Source of the DNA: a virus
Taxonomy: Duplodnaviria; Caudoviricetes
Reading direction: 5' to 3' (one strand)
DNA: 56,840 nt
Virus record (IMG/VR): IMGVR_UViG_3300025120_014829
Coordinates: 1-56,840 of that record
Shown in pieces: positions 19,749 through 29,719 of the stretch. The notes beneath the pieces were generated by a model that saw only the letters and a list, made by a program, of their open reading frames with translations, did not search any database and was not told where the DNA came from. How positions within the stretch are numbered: position 1 is the first letter of the stretch; each line of letters begins with the position of its first letter. The translations under genes were made by a program, and so were the position numbers.

Positions 19749-20959
19749 TTTTCACCTTCAAAAACACCGCAAACATCTATAATGATTTTTTCTGATAAAG
19801 TACTCTTGTCAATATCTTTAAAAACTTTATGAGGTACACAAAAAACTAGTATGTCAGCGTATTCGATTGAACTATATAGATCATTCAAATTAACATTACC
19901 AAACTTTTTTAAATGTGGTTCACAACATATTACTCTGTCGCTACCTATATTTTCAACTAATTTATTAAATATTTTTATTCCAGGTGCTTCGCGAGTGTCG
20001 TCTATATCTTGCTTGTATGTTAGTCCAAAACAACAAACCTTGAGTCTGTTTCTAGTTGTTTGTTTTAATACTTTTTCGATCACCCACTGGGTTTTAAAAT
20101 CGTTGATCTCTCTTGCAGTTTTTATTAATTTGCTTTTTTCTTTGTTATGTGCTACAACAAACCAAGGATCGACTGCTATACAATGCCCACCTACTCCGGC
20201 GCCTGGTTTTAGAATATTGACACGGGGATGTTTGTTTGCCAGTTCAATCAACTCTAAAACATTGATGTTGTTTTCATCACAGATCATTGATAGCTCGTTG
20301 GCAAAAGCTATATTAACATCTCTAAAAGCATTTTCTACTAGTTTTGTCATCTCGGCAGTTTTACTGTCAGTACAATAAATCTTACCTTTTACAAAAGTTT
20401 CATAGAAGTTTTTAGCAGCAATCGTGGACTTTTTATTAATTCCACCAACAACACGGTCGTTTTCAATTAACTCTACGATTACATTACCTGGAAGTACTCT
20501 TTCTGGACAATGAGCCAAACAAAATATAGCGTTTCCATGATTATCAAACAAATCTGGTCTAAAATTCCTAATAGTATCTTGTATTTTCTCGGTTGACTCA
20601 ACAGGACTAGTTGACTCAAGTATAAGAAGGGATTCTGATGTTAGATGAGGTATTACTGAATAAACGACTTGGTTGACGTATTTCATGTCAGGTTCTTTGT
20701 GTTTTGAGAGTGGTGTGGGCACTACAATCAAATATACGTCAGACTTCTCTGGTACCATTGATGCTCTTATTTTATTTTCTTGGACAGCTTTTTTAACAAT
20801 AACATCTAAATCAGGTTCATATATGTGAATCTCACCCTTGTTAATAGTGTTTACTACATTCTTATTTATGTCAACACCTAAAACTTCATGACCTGATTTT
20901 GCCAAAACTGCTGCTGTTGGAAGACCAACATAACCCAAACCTAATACACAAACTTTCAT
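19745..20959 (-). CDS. wecC: UDP-N-acetylmannosamine dehydrogenase
   Basis: GLGYVGLPTA, GEIHIYEPDL, CPERVLPG, KLVENAFRDVNIAFANEL, GVGGHCIAVDPWF. Confidence 0.9.
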   Translation of the reverse strand: MKVCVLGLGYVGLPTAAVLAKSGHEVLGVDINKNVVNTINKGEIHIYEPDLDVIVKKAVQENKIRASMVPEKSDVYLIVVPTPLSKHKEPDMKYVNQVVYSVIPHLTSESLLILESTSPVESTEKIQDTIRNFRPDLFDNHGNAIFCLAHCPERVLPGNVIVELIENDRVVGGINKKSTIAAKNFYETFVKGKIYCTDSKTAEMTKLVENAFRDVNIAFANELSMICDENNINVLELIELANKHPRVNILKPGAGVGGHCIAVDPWFVVAHNKEKSKLIKTAREINDFKTQWVIEKVLKQTTRNRLKVCCFGLTYKQDIDDTREAPGIKIFNKLVENIGSDRVICCEPHLKKFGNVNLNDLYSSIEYADILVFCVPHKVFKDIDKSTLSEKIIIDVCGVFEGEK

Positions 20960-20967
20960 TTCTTCCT

Positions 20968-21792
20968 CTAATCTTTAAAAAAGGAAACTCTTTCAATCCA
21001 CGGACCACCTTGGTGTGTGTTGTTTGAAAAAGTTAACGGTCTAAAACCTGTCATTGCTATCATTTTAAATAAGTCACCCTCATGGAATGAAAAAAGGTGC
21101 GCGCGCTCCACATGTGGCCCATCAGGCTCAACAGGTATTTCAAAATGGAAAAGTGTTCCTGCGTTTGTCGATTCATATAGCCTTTTTAAAAATTCAACTG
21201 GATTTGTCAAATGTTCAATAACATGGTAACAAACAATCAGGTTGAATTTTTTTAACACGTCAATCTTAAAATCTTCTGTCAAGTCCACTTTAAAGCAATT
21301 AAAACCTAACATATTTCCGGATGCGACATTGAAATCGTTGATGTCGCATCCGCCCTCTTCTAGACCTCTTTGCTTGTAGAAATTTTGGAGCCTAGGAACT
21401 CTAAATCCGATCTCAAAAAAGCTTTTAGGTATGTAGTTTTTAATCTGTGCTGTCTTTTTTTGCTCAAGTATAGTGTCTAACTCATCAATTCTTACATTGT
21501 CACTTTCAATTATATTGTTTAATAAAAATTCAATACGGTTGTATGCTGCTTCTGATGTCATATCTGGACTCAAACTCATACCTCTTGAGAGCTGAAGATT
21601 GTAATTAGCTTTTTTATTTTCTTCTGTCTGCAATAAACAACGTCTTTCACCCCAAGGTAGTTTTAGAACTGTGTGTTGGAAATTATTCCAGTTTCTTGTT
21701 GATTCAAAATTCTTATCATCTCCGGCAATCGATTTCAGATTATACACATAATCATTGTATAGTTTTTCAAAGCTTTCTTTATTATATTTCAT
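20968..21792 (-). CDS. SAM-dependent methyltransferase
   Basis: FEIG, CYHVIEHL.NP. Confidence 0.75.
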   Translation of the reverse strand: MKYNKESFEKLYNDYVYNLKSIAGDDKNFESTRNWNNFQHTVLKLPWGERRCLLQTEENKKANYNLQLSRGMSLSPDMTSEAAYNRIEFLLNNIIESDNVRIDELDTILEQKKTAQIKNYIPKSFFEIGFRVPRLQNFYKQRGLEEGGCDINDFNVASGNMLGFNCFKVDLTEDFKIDVLKKFNLIVCYHVIEHLTNPVEFLKRLYESTNAGTLFHFEIPVEPDGPHVERAHLFSFHEGDLFKMIAMTGFRPLTFSNNTHQGGPWIERVSFFKD

Positions 21793-23408
21793 ATTTTTTC
21801 AACCATTATTTTGTAATCATAAAAATACAGATAATCGATGTTCGTATTTAAAAAGCAGTTTATTGCATGCTCAGGAGTTTCACAGATAGGTTCTCTATCA
21901 TTAAAACTAGTGTTTAATATAATTGGTACTCCGGATTTCTCATCCCAGGACTTTAAAAAATTATAATACCAAGGGTTGTCTTTCTCAGTTACAGTTTGTA
22001 CTCTTGCAGTTCCATCTTTGTGAACAACCGCAGGTACTTTACTTTTAACTTCCTCTTTGAAGTTTAAAACAATATTCATGTAAGGACTGTCGTCGTCTCT
22101 AACAAACCATTCAGAAACTTTTTCTCTTAGCATTGACGGCGCAAAGGGACGATACCACTGCCTATGTTTAACTTTTTGATTAATTAGTTCTCGCATACTA
22201 TCTTGCCTGGGGTCTGCTAATATACTTCTATTACCTAGCGCTCTTCTTCCAGATTCTGAGCCTCCTCCAAAGATAGAAACTATTTTTTGTTGGTCGAGAA
22301 GATCTAGTAGTCTACTATCGCTAGCTTTAACAAAAGACACTCTTTTCTCTTTCTCGAGTACAGAAACTATTTCATCTTCTGCATATTGCCGGCCTAAGTA
22401 AGGTGTTTTATTATCTTCCCACTCAACTCTATCATGATCTAAAACGTTGTGCCACACATACTGAGCAGCACCGATTGAGAGGCCTCCGTCATGAGGCGCT
22501 GGTGGTATATAAACGTTTTCGATAAACGGGAACCATTCTTTAATTTTTCCTATCGCAACACAATTTAAAACAACACCTCCTGAAAGACATAGGTTTTTTG
22601 TCTCAATTTGACTAAAAAGCTGTTTCAATAACGAGTATATTATATTTTCTGTCGCTGCTTGCAAACTTGCTGCAAGATCAAATTTATCTTGCTCACTCCT
22701 GTCAGCTATCTCTCTATACTTTTGCAAGTATGGATGATCAGGATCAGTTCCTACATTTGCTCCTTTTGGTTGACCTGACGGTTTCATTGTTGCGATTTGA
22801 TTGTCGATGGTTAACATTTTCATAAAATCATCAAAATATTTCTTTCTGTCTCCAAAAGCTGCCATGGCCATTACTGAGCCTGCTTGATGGCCTCGTGGCC
22901 ATCCGCTTTGCAAATCAAATACGTACCTCGTTGTTCTGGTCCAAACGCCTCCAATATTCATATCATTTAATCTAAATGTATGAACATGATTGATTTTTTT
23001 GTTATCACCAAGGTATATTGTGCATGCAGTTACAAAATTGTCTCGCTCTACACCTCCCCCATCCATAGTAACAATTGTTGCTTTTTCTAAGTTGGATGAA
23101 TAAAATGCATTAGCAGCGTGAGACTCATGATGACCAACTACAAATATATTTCCATCATTTTTCTGAGCTTGCGCTTTCATGGCTTCAAACGATTCTTCAA
23201 ACCTAGTAGTTTTTGATAGTGGAAAACATGTTGCGAAGTGCTTAATGTCTTCATGACTACTGTAAGTTTCTTTCAAGAATTTATATGAATCACCTTGGGG
23301 TTCTTTTTCTCTCAAAAATCTTTCGTATTCGTTGTGTATTACGGGTACACCGTCTTTAAGCACACAGTAACTACAATCGTGTCCATTCCAAAAACCTGCT
23401 ATCTTCAT
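21789..23408 (-). CDS. O-carbamoyltransferase (NodU/CmcH/TobZ family)
   Basis: GHD, HHESHA, DGGG, GGVVLNC, ESGRRALGNRSILADP, RPFAPS, NTSFN; start at 23408 after GGAG. Confidence 0.92.
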   Translation of the reverse strand: MKIAGFWNGHDCSYCVLKDGVPVIHNEYERFLREKEPQGDSYKFLKETYSSHEDIKHFATCFPLSKTTRFEESFEAMKAQAQKNDGNIFVVGHHESHAANAFYSSNLEKATIVTMDGGGVERDNFVTACTIYLGDNKKINHVHTFRLNDMNIGGVWTRTTRYVFDLQSGWPRGHQAGSVMAMAAFGDRKKYFDDFMKMLTIDNQIATMKPSGQPKGANVGTDPDHPYLQKYREIADRSEQDKFDLAASLQAATENIIYSLLKQLFSQIETKNLCLSGGVVLNCVAIGKIKEWFPFIENVYIPPAPHDGGLSIGAAQYVWHNVLDHDRVEWEDNKTPYLGRQYAEDEIVSVLEKEKRVSFVKASDSRLLDLLDQQKIVSIFGGGSESGRRALGNRSILADPRQDSMRELINQKVKHRQWYRPFAPSMLREKVSEWFVRDDDSPYMNIVLNFKEEVKSKVPAVVHKDGTARVQTVTEKDNPWYYNFLKSWDEKSGVPIILNTSFNDREPICETPEHAINCFLNTNIDYLYFYDYKIMVEKI

Positions 23409-23431
23409 TAATATCTCCAAAAATTATTTAT

Positions 23432-23460
23432 ATTCTATAATTTATACTAAAAATGTACAA
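23432..23460 (-). promoter_or_regulatory. Sigma70-like promoter
   Basis: TTGTAC-N17-TAGAAT on the minus strand, in one of the few intergenic gaps of the glycan island. Confidence 0.55.
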
Positions 23461-23479
23461 AATAAAACGCAGATATTAA

Positions 23480-24538
23480 TTAAACCCACTCTAAACTAGA
23501 TTTATCGAGCCACTCTTTAACTTGATCTAGACCGTTTTCCAGTGTAACTTCTGGTTTCCAGCTAAAGTCTTTAGACACCTTCGTTATATCACTTATGTAA
23601 ATTTTTTGGTCACTTGGTCTAGGTTCATCAATGTTTATCACTTTCTTATTAGTCTTGAACATCTCATCGAGTAAATTTGATAACTCGACTAAAGAAGTAG
23701 TATTCTCAATACCACCACCTACATTGTAATAATTTCCTGAATATTTATCTATAGACTTCATTTGTTTTTCAATTAAAACAGATAAATCATCAACGTGAAG
23801 GTAGTCTCTTACCTGCTTTCCTTGATTCCCGTAATAGTAAAGTTGATGTTTTAATTTTTTAGCAATTGCAAACCAAACTATCCATCCTTGACTTACTTTT
23901 CCAAACTGGTGTGAACCATAAAGACAACTAAACCTATTAACAATAACAGGTATATTAAATGCTTTGGACCACTCTTGACAAATTAAATCTGCTGCATTTT
24001 TTGTTGCACCATAGACAGTGTGTGTATTGCCATTCATATCAGCTTTTTCACTAAAACCTTTATTAGACCACCCTAAATAGCTCTTGTTCTTTGCTTTTTC
24101 TTCATCCCAAGTCAGTCTAGTTTCAGTTTCAATCGTTGGTATTGAATTACAAAAATCGCCACTATAAGCTTTATTTGAACTCCAGAAAATAAGGCCGGCA
24201 TTTTTTCTTCTACAATATTCTAATACATTGTATGCGCCGACTGTATTGTTTGTGAAATCGTAACTAGGATTCCTGTATCCATCAATAGCAGTTGTCTGTG
24301 CTGAACATTCAAGAACAACATCAGGATTAAATTTATCAAAATTATAAAAGTCTTCAACACACCTAATATCACAATGTTTGAATTTGATGTTTTTATATTT
24401 TCTAAATCTAGAAAGGTTTAGTTCACTTCCGCGTCTAGATAAATTATCTATGCATAAAACTTCATGACCTTTACTAGCAAAACTAACTGCTAAGTTTCCA
24501 CCAACAAAGCCGGCGCCGCCTGTTATAAGTATGTTCAT
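23480..24538 (-). CDS. CDP-paratose 2-epimerase (RfbE/Tyv)-like epimerase
   Basis: TGGAGFVG, DNLSRRGS, SSNKAY, YGATK, QFGKVSQGW, GKQVRD. Confidence 0.8.
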   Translation of the reverse strand: MNILITGGAGFVGGNLAVSFASKGHEVLCIDNLSRRGSELNLSRFRKYKNIKFKHCDIRCVEDFYNFDKFNPDVVLECSAQTTAIDGYRNPSYDFTNNTVGAYNVLEYCRRKNAGLIFWSSNKAYSGDFCNSIPTIETETRLTWDEEKAKNKSYLGWSNKGFSEKADMNGNTHTVYGATKNAADLICQEWSKAFNIPVIVNRFSCLYGSHQFGKVSQGWIVWFAIAKKLKHQLYYYGNQGKQVRDYLHVDDLSVLIEKQMKSIDKYSGNYYNVGGGIENTTSLVELSNLLDEMFKTNKKVINIDEPRPSDQKIYISDITKVSKDFSWKPEVTLENGLDQVKEWLDKSSLEWV

Positions 24539-25467
24539 TTTAATAACTCCTCGAAGAATAGATCATATTTGCTTACTTGTTTTTCTATTAAAAAATTATT
24601 AACGTTACTTTTTAAATGTTCTTCATCTTCTTTTGTTGGATAGTAAACATTATAATTTGCTGGATCGAAAATACAATCAGCAGATAGGAATGTTTGTGCG
24701 ATACCTACATCTGTCGAAACGATCGGTGTGTTTGTCATACCACACTCAATAATTGATTGTGGACCTCCCTCTACTCTAGAACCGACAATATACATGTCGA
24801 GAGCTGAATACATCTTCACTACGTCTTCCATTGGAGGCAACTCATGATACGTGTAGGGTATTTTTAACTTTTCTAATTCATTAATGACATAATTTCTTCG
24901 CCACCCATTTAATAAGACATGCACATCTTTACCAGAGTCTCTAACTTTACTAACATAATCAATAAATATATCCGGACCTTTTTCAAGCTTTGGTGTCTTC
25001 AGATCGTGACCTTCTGTATCTCTCTGGAATGAACCCACAATAAATTTATCTAAAGGAATACCAAACTGTTTTTTGCACTCAATCTTGTTGTGAGGTTTAA
25101 ATAGTTTTTCATTGCACCAATACGTCAAAATTTTAACTGGTTTGCCAGTATGCTGTTCTATAAAATTCTTTGTTTTTTCGCAAGGCACATGATAAACATC
25201 AACAAACTTATCTCTTGCTAAAAAATTGCTCTTTCGTGCTTCGTCAAACTTCCAAGGTACTTCATGATGTATTGTACAGACTACTTTTCTATCTTTTAAA
25301 AATTGAGTGTCTATTTGGTTCCAACACCAAGAAGCGAGCAACCAGATAACTTGTGTTTCTGGGTACAGGTGTGTAAAACTTACATCGTGAGAAGAATATT
25401 TTTTAAATTCTTCTCCATACCTGTCACAGAACCAATTTTCTCTAGGTACATGGCAAAACACTTTCAT
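24535..25467 (-). CDS. Glycosyltransferase, GT4-like
   Basis: EKGPD, SRVEGGPQSIIE, STDVG. Confidence 0.85.
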   Translation of the reverse strand: MKVFCHVPRENWFCDRYGEEFKKYSSHDVSFTHLYPETQVIWLLASWCWNQIDTQFLKDRKVVCTIHHEVPWKFDEARKSNFLARDKFVDVYHVPCEKTKNFIEQHTGKPVKILTYWCNEKLFKPHNKIECKKQFGIPLDKFIVGSFQRDTEGHDLKTPKLEKGPDIFIDYVSKVRDSGKDVHVLLNGWRRNYVINELEKLKIPYTYHELPPMEDVVKMYSALDMYIVGSRVEGGPQSIIECGMTNTPIVSTDVGIAQTFLSADCIFDPANYNVYYPTKEDEEHLKSNVNNFLIEKQVSKYDLFFEELLK

Positions 25468-26381
25468 GATATATCCTGCATTATATTATAATATTTTTGT
25501 GCGCAATTTTTAATTTCTTTCTTTTTATCATAACGCTTAACTTTTACTGATTTAAGAAAGTCTATCTTTGGTGGTTTATATAGCGGTGTGGGTTTAAAGT
25601 CCCACTCATCTTCAACTATAACAGTACCATCAGAAACAACTTCACTTGTCCCTCCGGTAGAACTGCAAATTATGTGACAACCAGATGCTTGGGCATCGAC
25701 TACAACATTTGGACAATGATCTAGATAGGCAAGGTGAATAAATTTAGTACTTCGCTTATAAAGTGATAACAAACTCATATAATCCAAATCACCTAATACA
25801 TGAATCCTGTTATCTAAAGAAATTATTTCCTTTACTTCGTCCATACCTAGTCCGCCAGCTATAGCTAGCTGTGCATCTGGCGGAGCAAACTCTAAAAAAT
25901 ATGCAATATTATCATTTAATCGCTTATGCGGCCGCCAGCTAGAGGCACAACACCAAACTTCAGTCTCGCTGCCATCAAATTTATCATTCCAAAAATGTTT
26001 GTTTGCTGCTAATATCAATTTATCGTCTGCAGCATTATGAATCACATGAGAATTTTTGTGTTCTCCAAACCAAGCCTCAGTAAGTCTTTTGTTAAATTGG
26101 GATTGGAACACTACAGCGTCAGCATTTTGGTATGCAAAATGTATTGGTGCGTTCTGTTGTTTAAAATCCTGATCAGAATTAAACCATATACCATCTAAGC
26201 GAAGTAGCATAGGTTTTACCTTATGTACCTGTTGTTGGATTAGACAGAATTCAACGTCGGCATCTTCTTGTGCACTCAAGGAAACGTCTTTTTCTTTTAC
26301 TAAGTTTGAAAATAACGTTCTCGTAAATTTATTTGGGCCACTATTTGATTCTGGATTAAAGTTATGTGTAAAAATTTTCAT
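25464..26381 (-). CDS. Glycosyltransferase, GT4-like
   Basis: SGP, WRPHKR, DHCPNVVVDA. Confidence 0.85.
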   Translation of the reverse strand: MKIFTHNFNPESNSGPNKFTRTLFSNLVKEKDVSLSAQEDADVEFCLIQQQVHKVKPMLLRLDGIWFNSDQDFKQQNAPIHFAYQNADAVVFQSQFNKRLTEAWFGEHKNSHVIHNAADDKLILAANKHFWNDKFDGSETEVWCCASSWRPHKRLNDNIAYFLEFAPPDAQLAIAGGLGMDEVKEIISLDNRIHVLGDLDYMSLLSLYKRSTKFIHLAYLDHCPNVVVDAQASGCHIICSSTGGTSEVVSDGTVIVEDEWDFKPTPLYKPPKIDFLKSVKVKRYDKKKEIKNCAQKYYNIMQDIS

Positions 26382-26713
26382 CTTTTATAATCGTCCGCCA
26401 GTCTAACTACATCGTCAAGCTCTGGTGTACTTACTTCAATTAAATAAACATGCTCATCTATAGCACCAAAACGGTGCACGCTGTTAGGTTTAACATGGTA
26501 TGTACCTCCCTCAGCTAATTCAATAAAATCTTTTTCATCTTCAGAAAGCCAAATTATTAATTTGCCTTTTTGCACATAAATTGTTTCTTCTTTTTTTTCA
26601 TGATATTGCAGGCTCATTCTATGTCCTTTCTTTATAAACATAAATTTTGCAGCATATCGATCACAATCCGCCCATATTGTCTCTCTACCCCAAGGTTTTT
26701 CTACTACTCTCAT
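26378..26713 (-). CDS. Cupin, mannose-6-phosphate isomerase C-terminal-like
   Basis: EKPWG, SLQYH.KKEET, HRF, EVSTPELDDVVRL.DDY.R. Confidence 0.88.
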   Translation of the reverse strand: MRVVEKPWGRETIWADCDRYAAKFMFIKKGHRMSLQYHEKKEETIYVQKGKLIIWLSEDEKDFIELAEGGTYHVKPNSVHRFGAIDEHVYLIEVSTPELDDVVRLADDYKR

Positions 26714-27432
26714 AACACAAAACCTCTGGCTCTGACTAATTTTATCGTATCTAGTTGATTTTTTTCCTTCCAGCTTCTCACTTTCAAGCTATTTGAATTA
26801 ATTCTGTACAAGTAACAAATTTCATTTAAGTACTTTGATTTTCTTGCTAAGAAAAGTATAGGAAGGTAAAGCGCTTGGTCATAACCTCTTTCAAACCATT
26901 TATTGTCTAAGTCTTGAAAATTTTGTTTACTTATCTTCTTGAAAACGTTTACTTTAAAAGTTTTGAGATGAGAACTTACCCAAGGATACTGGTATGGGTT
27001 AATATTGTCTGGTAATTCTGCTGAAATATTCATGCTGTTGATATCCCAAGAATGTGCTGTCCACAAAGCATCTAGTTGCGGATTGTTATTGTATTCTTTT
27101 AGAATTAAGTCAACTGTGTTTTCATTACAAAGTGCATCGTCGCCATCAAGTATTGCGATTATCTGTTCAGAAAAATCATTGTAATTTTCCAAATAATCGC
27201 ATATACCTTTCAACGCAAACTTTTTATGATCATGATTAATAACAGTTACTCTTTCTTTCTCATCAGACATGACAATTCTATTAGCAATTTCAAGTGTATC
27301 ATCATTTGATACGTCATTTAAAATGACCCAATCCCAATTTGGATTAGATTGCTCTTTTAGCGACTCATAGCACTCTTCTAGATGAAAAGAAGCATTGTAA
27401 GTGGGTGTTACAAAACAAACTGTTTTTTTCAT
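26710..27432 (-). CDS. Glycosyltransferase, GT2
   Basis: VTPTYNA, NDVSND, LDGDD, SHLKTF. Confidence 0.88.
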   Translation of the reverse strand: MKKTVCFVTPTYNASFHLEECYESLKEQSNPNWDWVILNDVSNDDTLEIANRIVMSDEKERVTVINHDHKKFALKGICDYLENYNDFSEQIIAILDGDDALCNENTVDLILKEYNNNPQLDALWTAHSWDINSMNISAELPDNINPYQYPWVSSHLKTFKVNVFKKISKQNFQDLDNKWFERGYDQALYLPILFLARKSKYLNEICYLYRINSNSLKVRSWKEKNQLDTIKLVRARGFVL

Positions 27433-27435
27433 TTA

Positions 27436-27738
27436 TCACCTCCCAGTAATCTTATATTTAGTAGAATCTTGGAGTGCACTTATAGAATCCTTAATATGGG
27501 ATCTTCTTTCTTCAAGTTCTCTTGCATTTCTTATCAAAACTAACATTTCTTCCTCAATTGTCACAAAAACTTCTAAACTAGCTTTAAAAGAATCTTTCTC
27601 TAGATCTTCTGCTAATTTTTTAAATTTTTCTGATAAAGTTCTACACTTTGACCTTAATTCTAATTCACACTTGTTAAAAGATTGTTGGCTCTCGACAAAG
27701 ACTTGTGAAAATACTTGGAATAAATTTTCTGGCTGCAT
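27436..27738 (-). CDS. Coiled-coil hypothetical protein
   Basis: 100 aa ORF abutting both neighbours; GAGAG RBS. Confidence 0.65.
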   Translation of the reverse strand: MQPENLFQVFSQVFVESQQSFNKCELELRSKCRTLSEKFKKLAEDLEKDSFKASLEVFVTIEEEMLVLIRNARELEERRSHIKDSISALQDSTKYKITGR

Positions 27739-29655
27739 CTATTTTCTCTCCTTTAACCAAGCTTCCATTATACTTGGGTGGCCTGGTGTCACATAATACC
27801 ATGGTGTGGGTTTTTCAAAGTCTACACGTTCATGAAAAACCCAACCACCTAACTCATTATTCATTTTATTTGCTAAATTTACAATCTCTTTGTCACTAAC
27901 TTCTGACCATTTTTTGTCAAAAAACATGTTGTTGTCAGGAATGTCATCAGTTGTTTTATTATATAGACTTGCCCAATGCTTACTCCAGTAATTTTTGTAA
28001 GTAAGAATTTTTCTTTTGATGTCAAACCAAGAGTAGTGGTGTACTGATGGCAATTCTTTTAACGCAGCATTGATAAAGTTACTGTAATTTTTAAGATTAC
28101 TCTCTCTAAAATCTGGGTCTTCAATAATCTTTTGTCTAATTTGCTCGTGCTGAGGTGTGTAAAAATTCATGTGTGGGATAGGTTGATAATTGTCTGTGTG
28201 AACATAATCACATCCATCTGATCCAACAGAGAAAACATTGCCATTTTCATCATATCTCCTGTGTTGTGCAGGAATGTCGTGGGTAACATGTGTATCATTT
28301 CTTGATAATCTCCATTTCCATGGATTTACATCAACCCTAACCTTATCCTCCTTACCCCAGTAGTCAATTACAGGTAGACACACGATCTTTACTGACTTTG
28401 GAATCTGTCTGGCCAACTTTTTAACTTTCCCATAATCATTTTCGTGTACTACTTCATCAATGTCCATTTGCCAACACCAGTCTCCTTTACATAAGGATCT
28501 TGCTACTGATTTTTGTTGTCCATCAAAAACTGCAAATCTATAATGTTCCCAGTCTCTTTTTACTTGATATACTCTAAGTTTTTCTTCATGGTCTGCCCAA
28601 GATATTAAATTCTCCCATGTACCATCATTAGACCCGCCGTCAACAACAATTACTTCATCACAAAATTGCAACATTGACTGTATTGATTCTTTCCATGGGT
28701 AATCACTACGTATTACATTTTTTGTTGTTGTGTATCCACTTAAACTTATATTTCTATTAAAAAATCCTGTTATAACATCCCAAAATATTTTAGGACGACT
28801 CAAAATGTGAGATTCAACCTCATCTCTGCTCTTTAAAAACCAGGGTTCATCGCGATGTTGTACATTTTCATTTAGAATCATTTCCAATCCTAATAGCTTA
28901 GCTTCTATAACCGTCCTAGGACAAGTGTCACCGCCGATTGGTTGAAATGATAAACCGTGAAACCCTGAAAGTGTTTTCAATAAATCATAGTAAGGCAAAC
29001 CCCCAATCACTTCTGCACTGGCTGACGGGAATATTTCATTAACTGCTTTTATACTTTCGTCAACACCCTTGATCCAGCTATTACCATCAATAACTGCCCA
29101 ACGTGTTTTGTCACATTCATTTTTTTCTCTCGCAACATGCAACCTTTCAATATATTCCAAGTCATCAACTGAGAAAATAGAACTTAACACAGTTTGATTG
29201 TTATCTTTTAAAAAAGGAAACCTATCATGATATATTTTTGATTGCCGCGCGGACATCCAAAAAATATGTTCTGATCCATGCAAAAAAGCGGAAATTATTT
29301 TTCCTAGTTGTTGTTCATGGCAGTCACAATTCTTACCAGTTTCTTTCTTATGAAGATCGATTGAACGATATTGACAAAATTTATAATCATATTCTACAAT
29401 AGCATAGTGACAGTTTGCAACAATGAGTGGTATTAGATTGTGGTCCATACCTCTATAGTTAAAGAAAACTAAAAATTTATTTGCGCTCTGTTCCAAAATC
29501 TCTTTACTAAGTTCACTCGACTTAATTTTACATGTCGGATAAGGAGAAACTTCAAAAAGTGCTTCAGTTGTTTTTTCGGCGCCACCGCTATATTCTTCAG
29601 AAAAAAAATCTGCAATAAAAATAACATCTGCATCATTAAAACTTTTATAATCCAT
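27739..29655 (-). CDS. Two-domain glycosyltransferase (GT-B-like N-terminus fused to GT2)
   Basis: GGAE and DTCPRTVIEAKLLG in the N-terminal half; VVDGGSNDGT and QMDIDE in the C-terminal half; start at MDYK (29655) after GAGG. Confidence 0.85.
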   Translation of the reverse strand: MDYKSFNDADVIFIADFFSEEYSGGAEKTTEALFEVSPYPTCKIKSSELSKEILEQSANKFLVFFNYRGMDHNLIPLIVANCHYAIVEYDYKFCQYRSIDLHKKETGKNCDCHEQQLGKIISAFLHGSEHIFWMSARQSKIYHDRFPFLKDNNQTVLSSIFSVDDLEYIERLHVAREKNECDKTRWAVIDGNSWIKGVDESIKAVNEIFPSASAEVIGGLPYYDLLKTLSGFHGLSFQPIGGDTCPRTVIEAKLLGLEMILNENVQHRDEPWFLKSRDEVESHILSRPKIFWDVITGFFNRNISLSGYTTTKNVIRSDYPWKESIQSMLQFCDEVIVVDGGSNDGTWENLISWADHEEKLRVYQVKRDWEHYRFAVFDGQQKSVARSLCKGDWCWQMDIDEVVHENDYGKVKKLARQIPKSVKIVCLPVIDYWGKEDKVRVDVNPWKWRLSRNDTHVTHDIPAQHRRYDENGNVFSVGSDGCDYVHTDNYQPIPHMNFYTPQHEQIRQKIIEDPDFRESNLKNYSNFINAALKELPSVHHYSWFDIKRKILTYKNYWSKHWASLYNKTTDDIPDNNMFFDKKWSEVSDKEIVNLANKMNNELGGWVFHERVDFEKPTPWYYVTPGHPSIMEAWLKERK

Positions 29656-29719
29656 GTAAATCACCTCTAAGTGATTCAATATTACGCTAATGAATCAAGA
29701 GGTAAAATTTTTAGTTAGT

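Noticed and set aside
3013-29655. Bacterial O-antigen/capsule locus
   Set aside because: No flippase, polymerase, exporter or priming transferase, and the locus is flanked by phage structural and sigma genes
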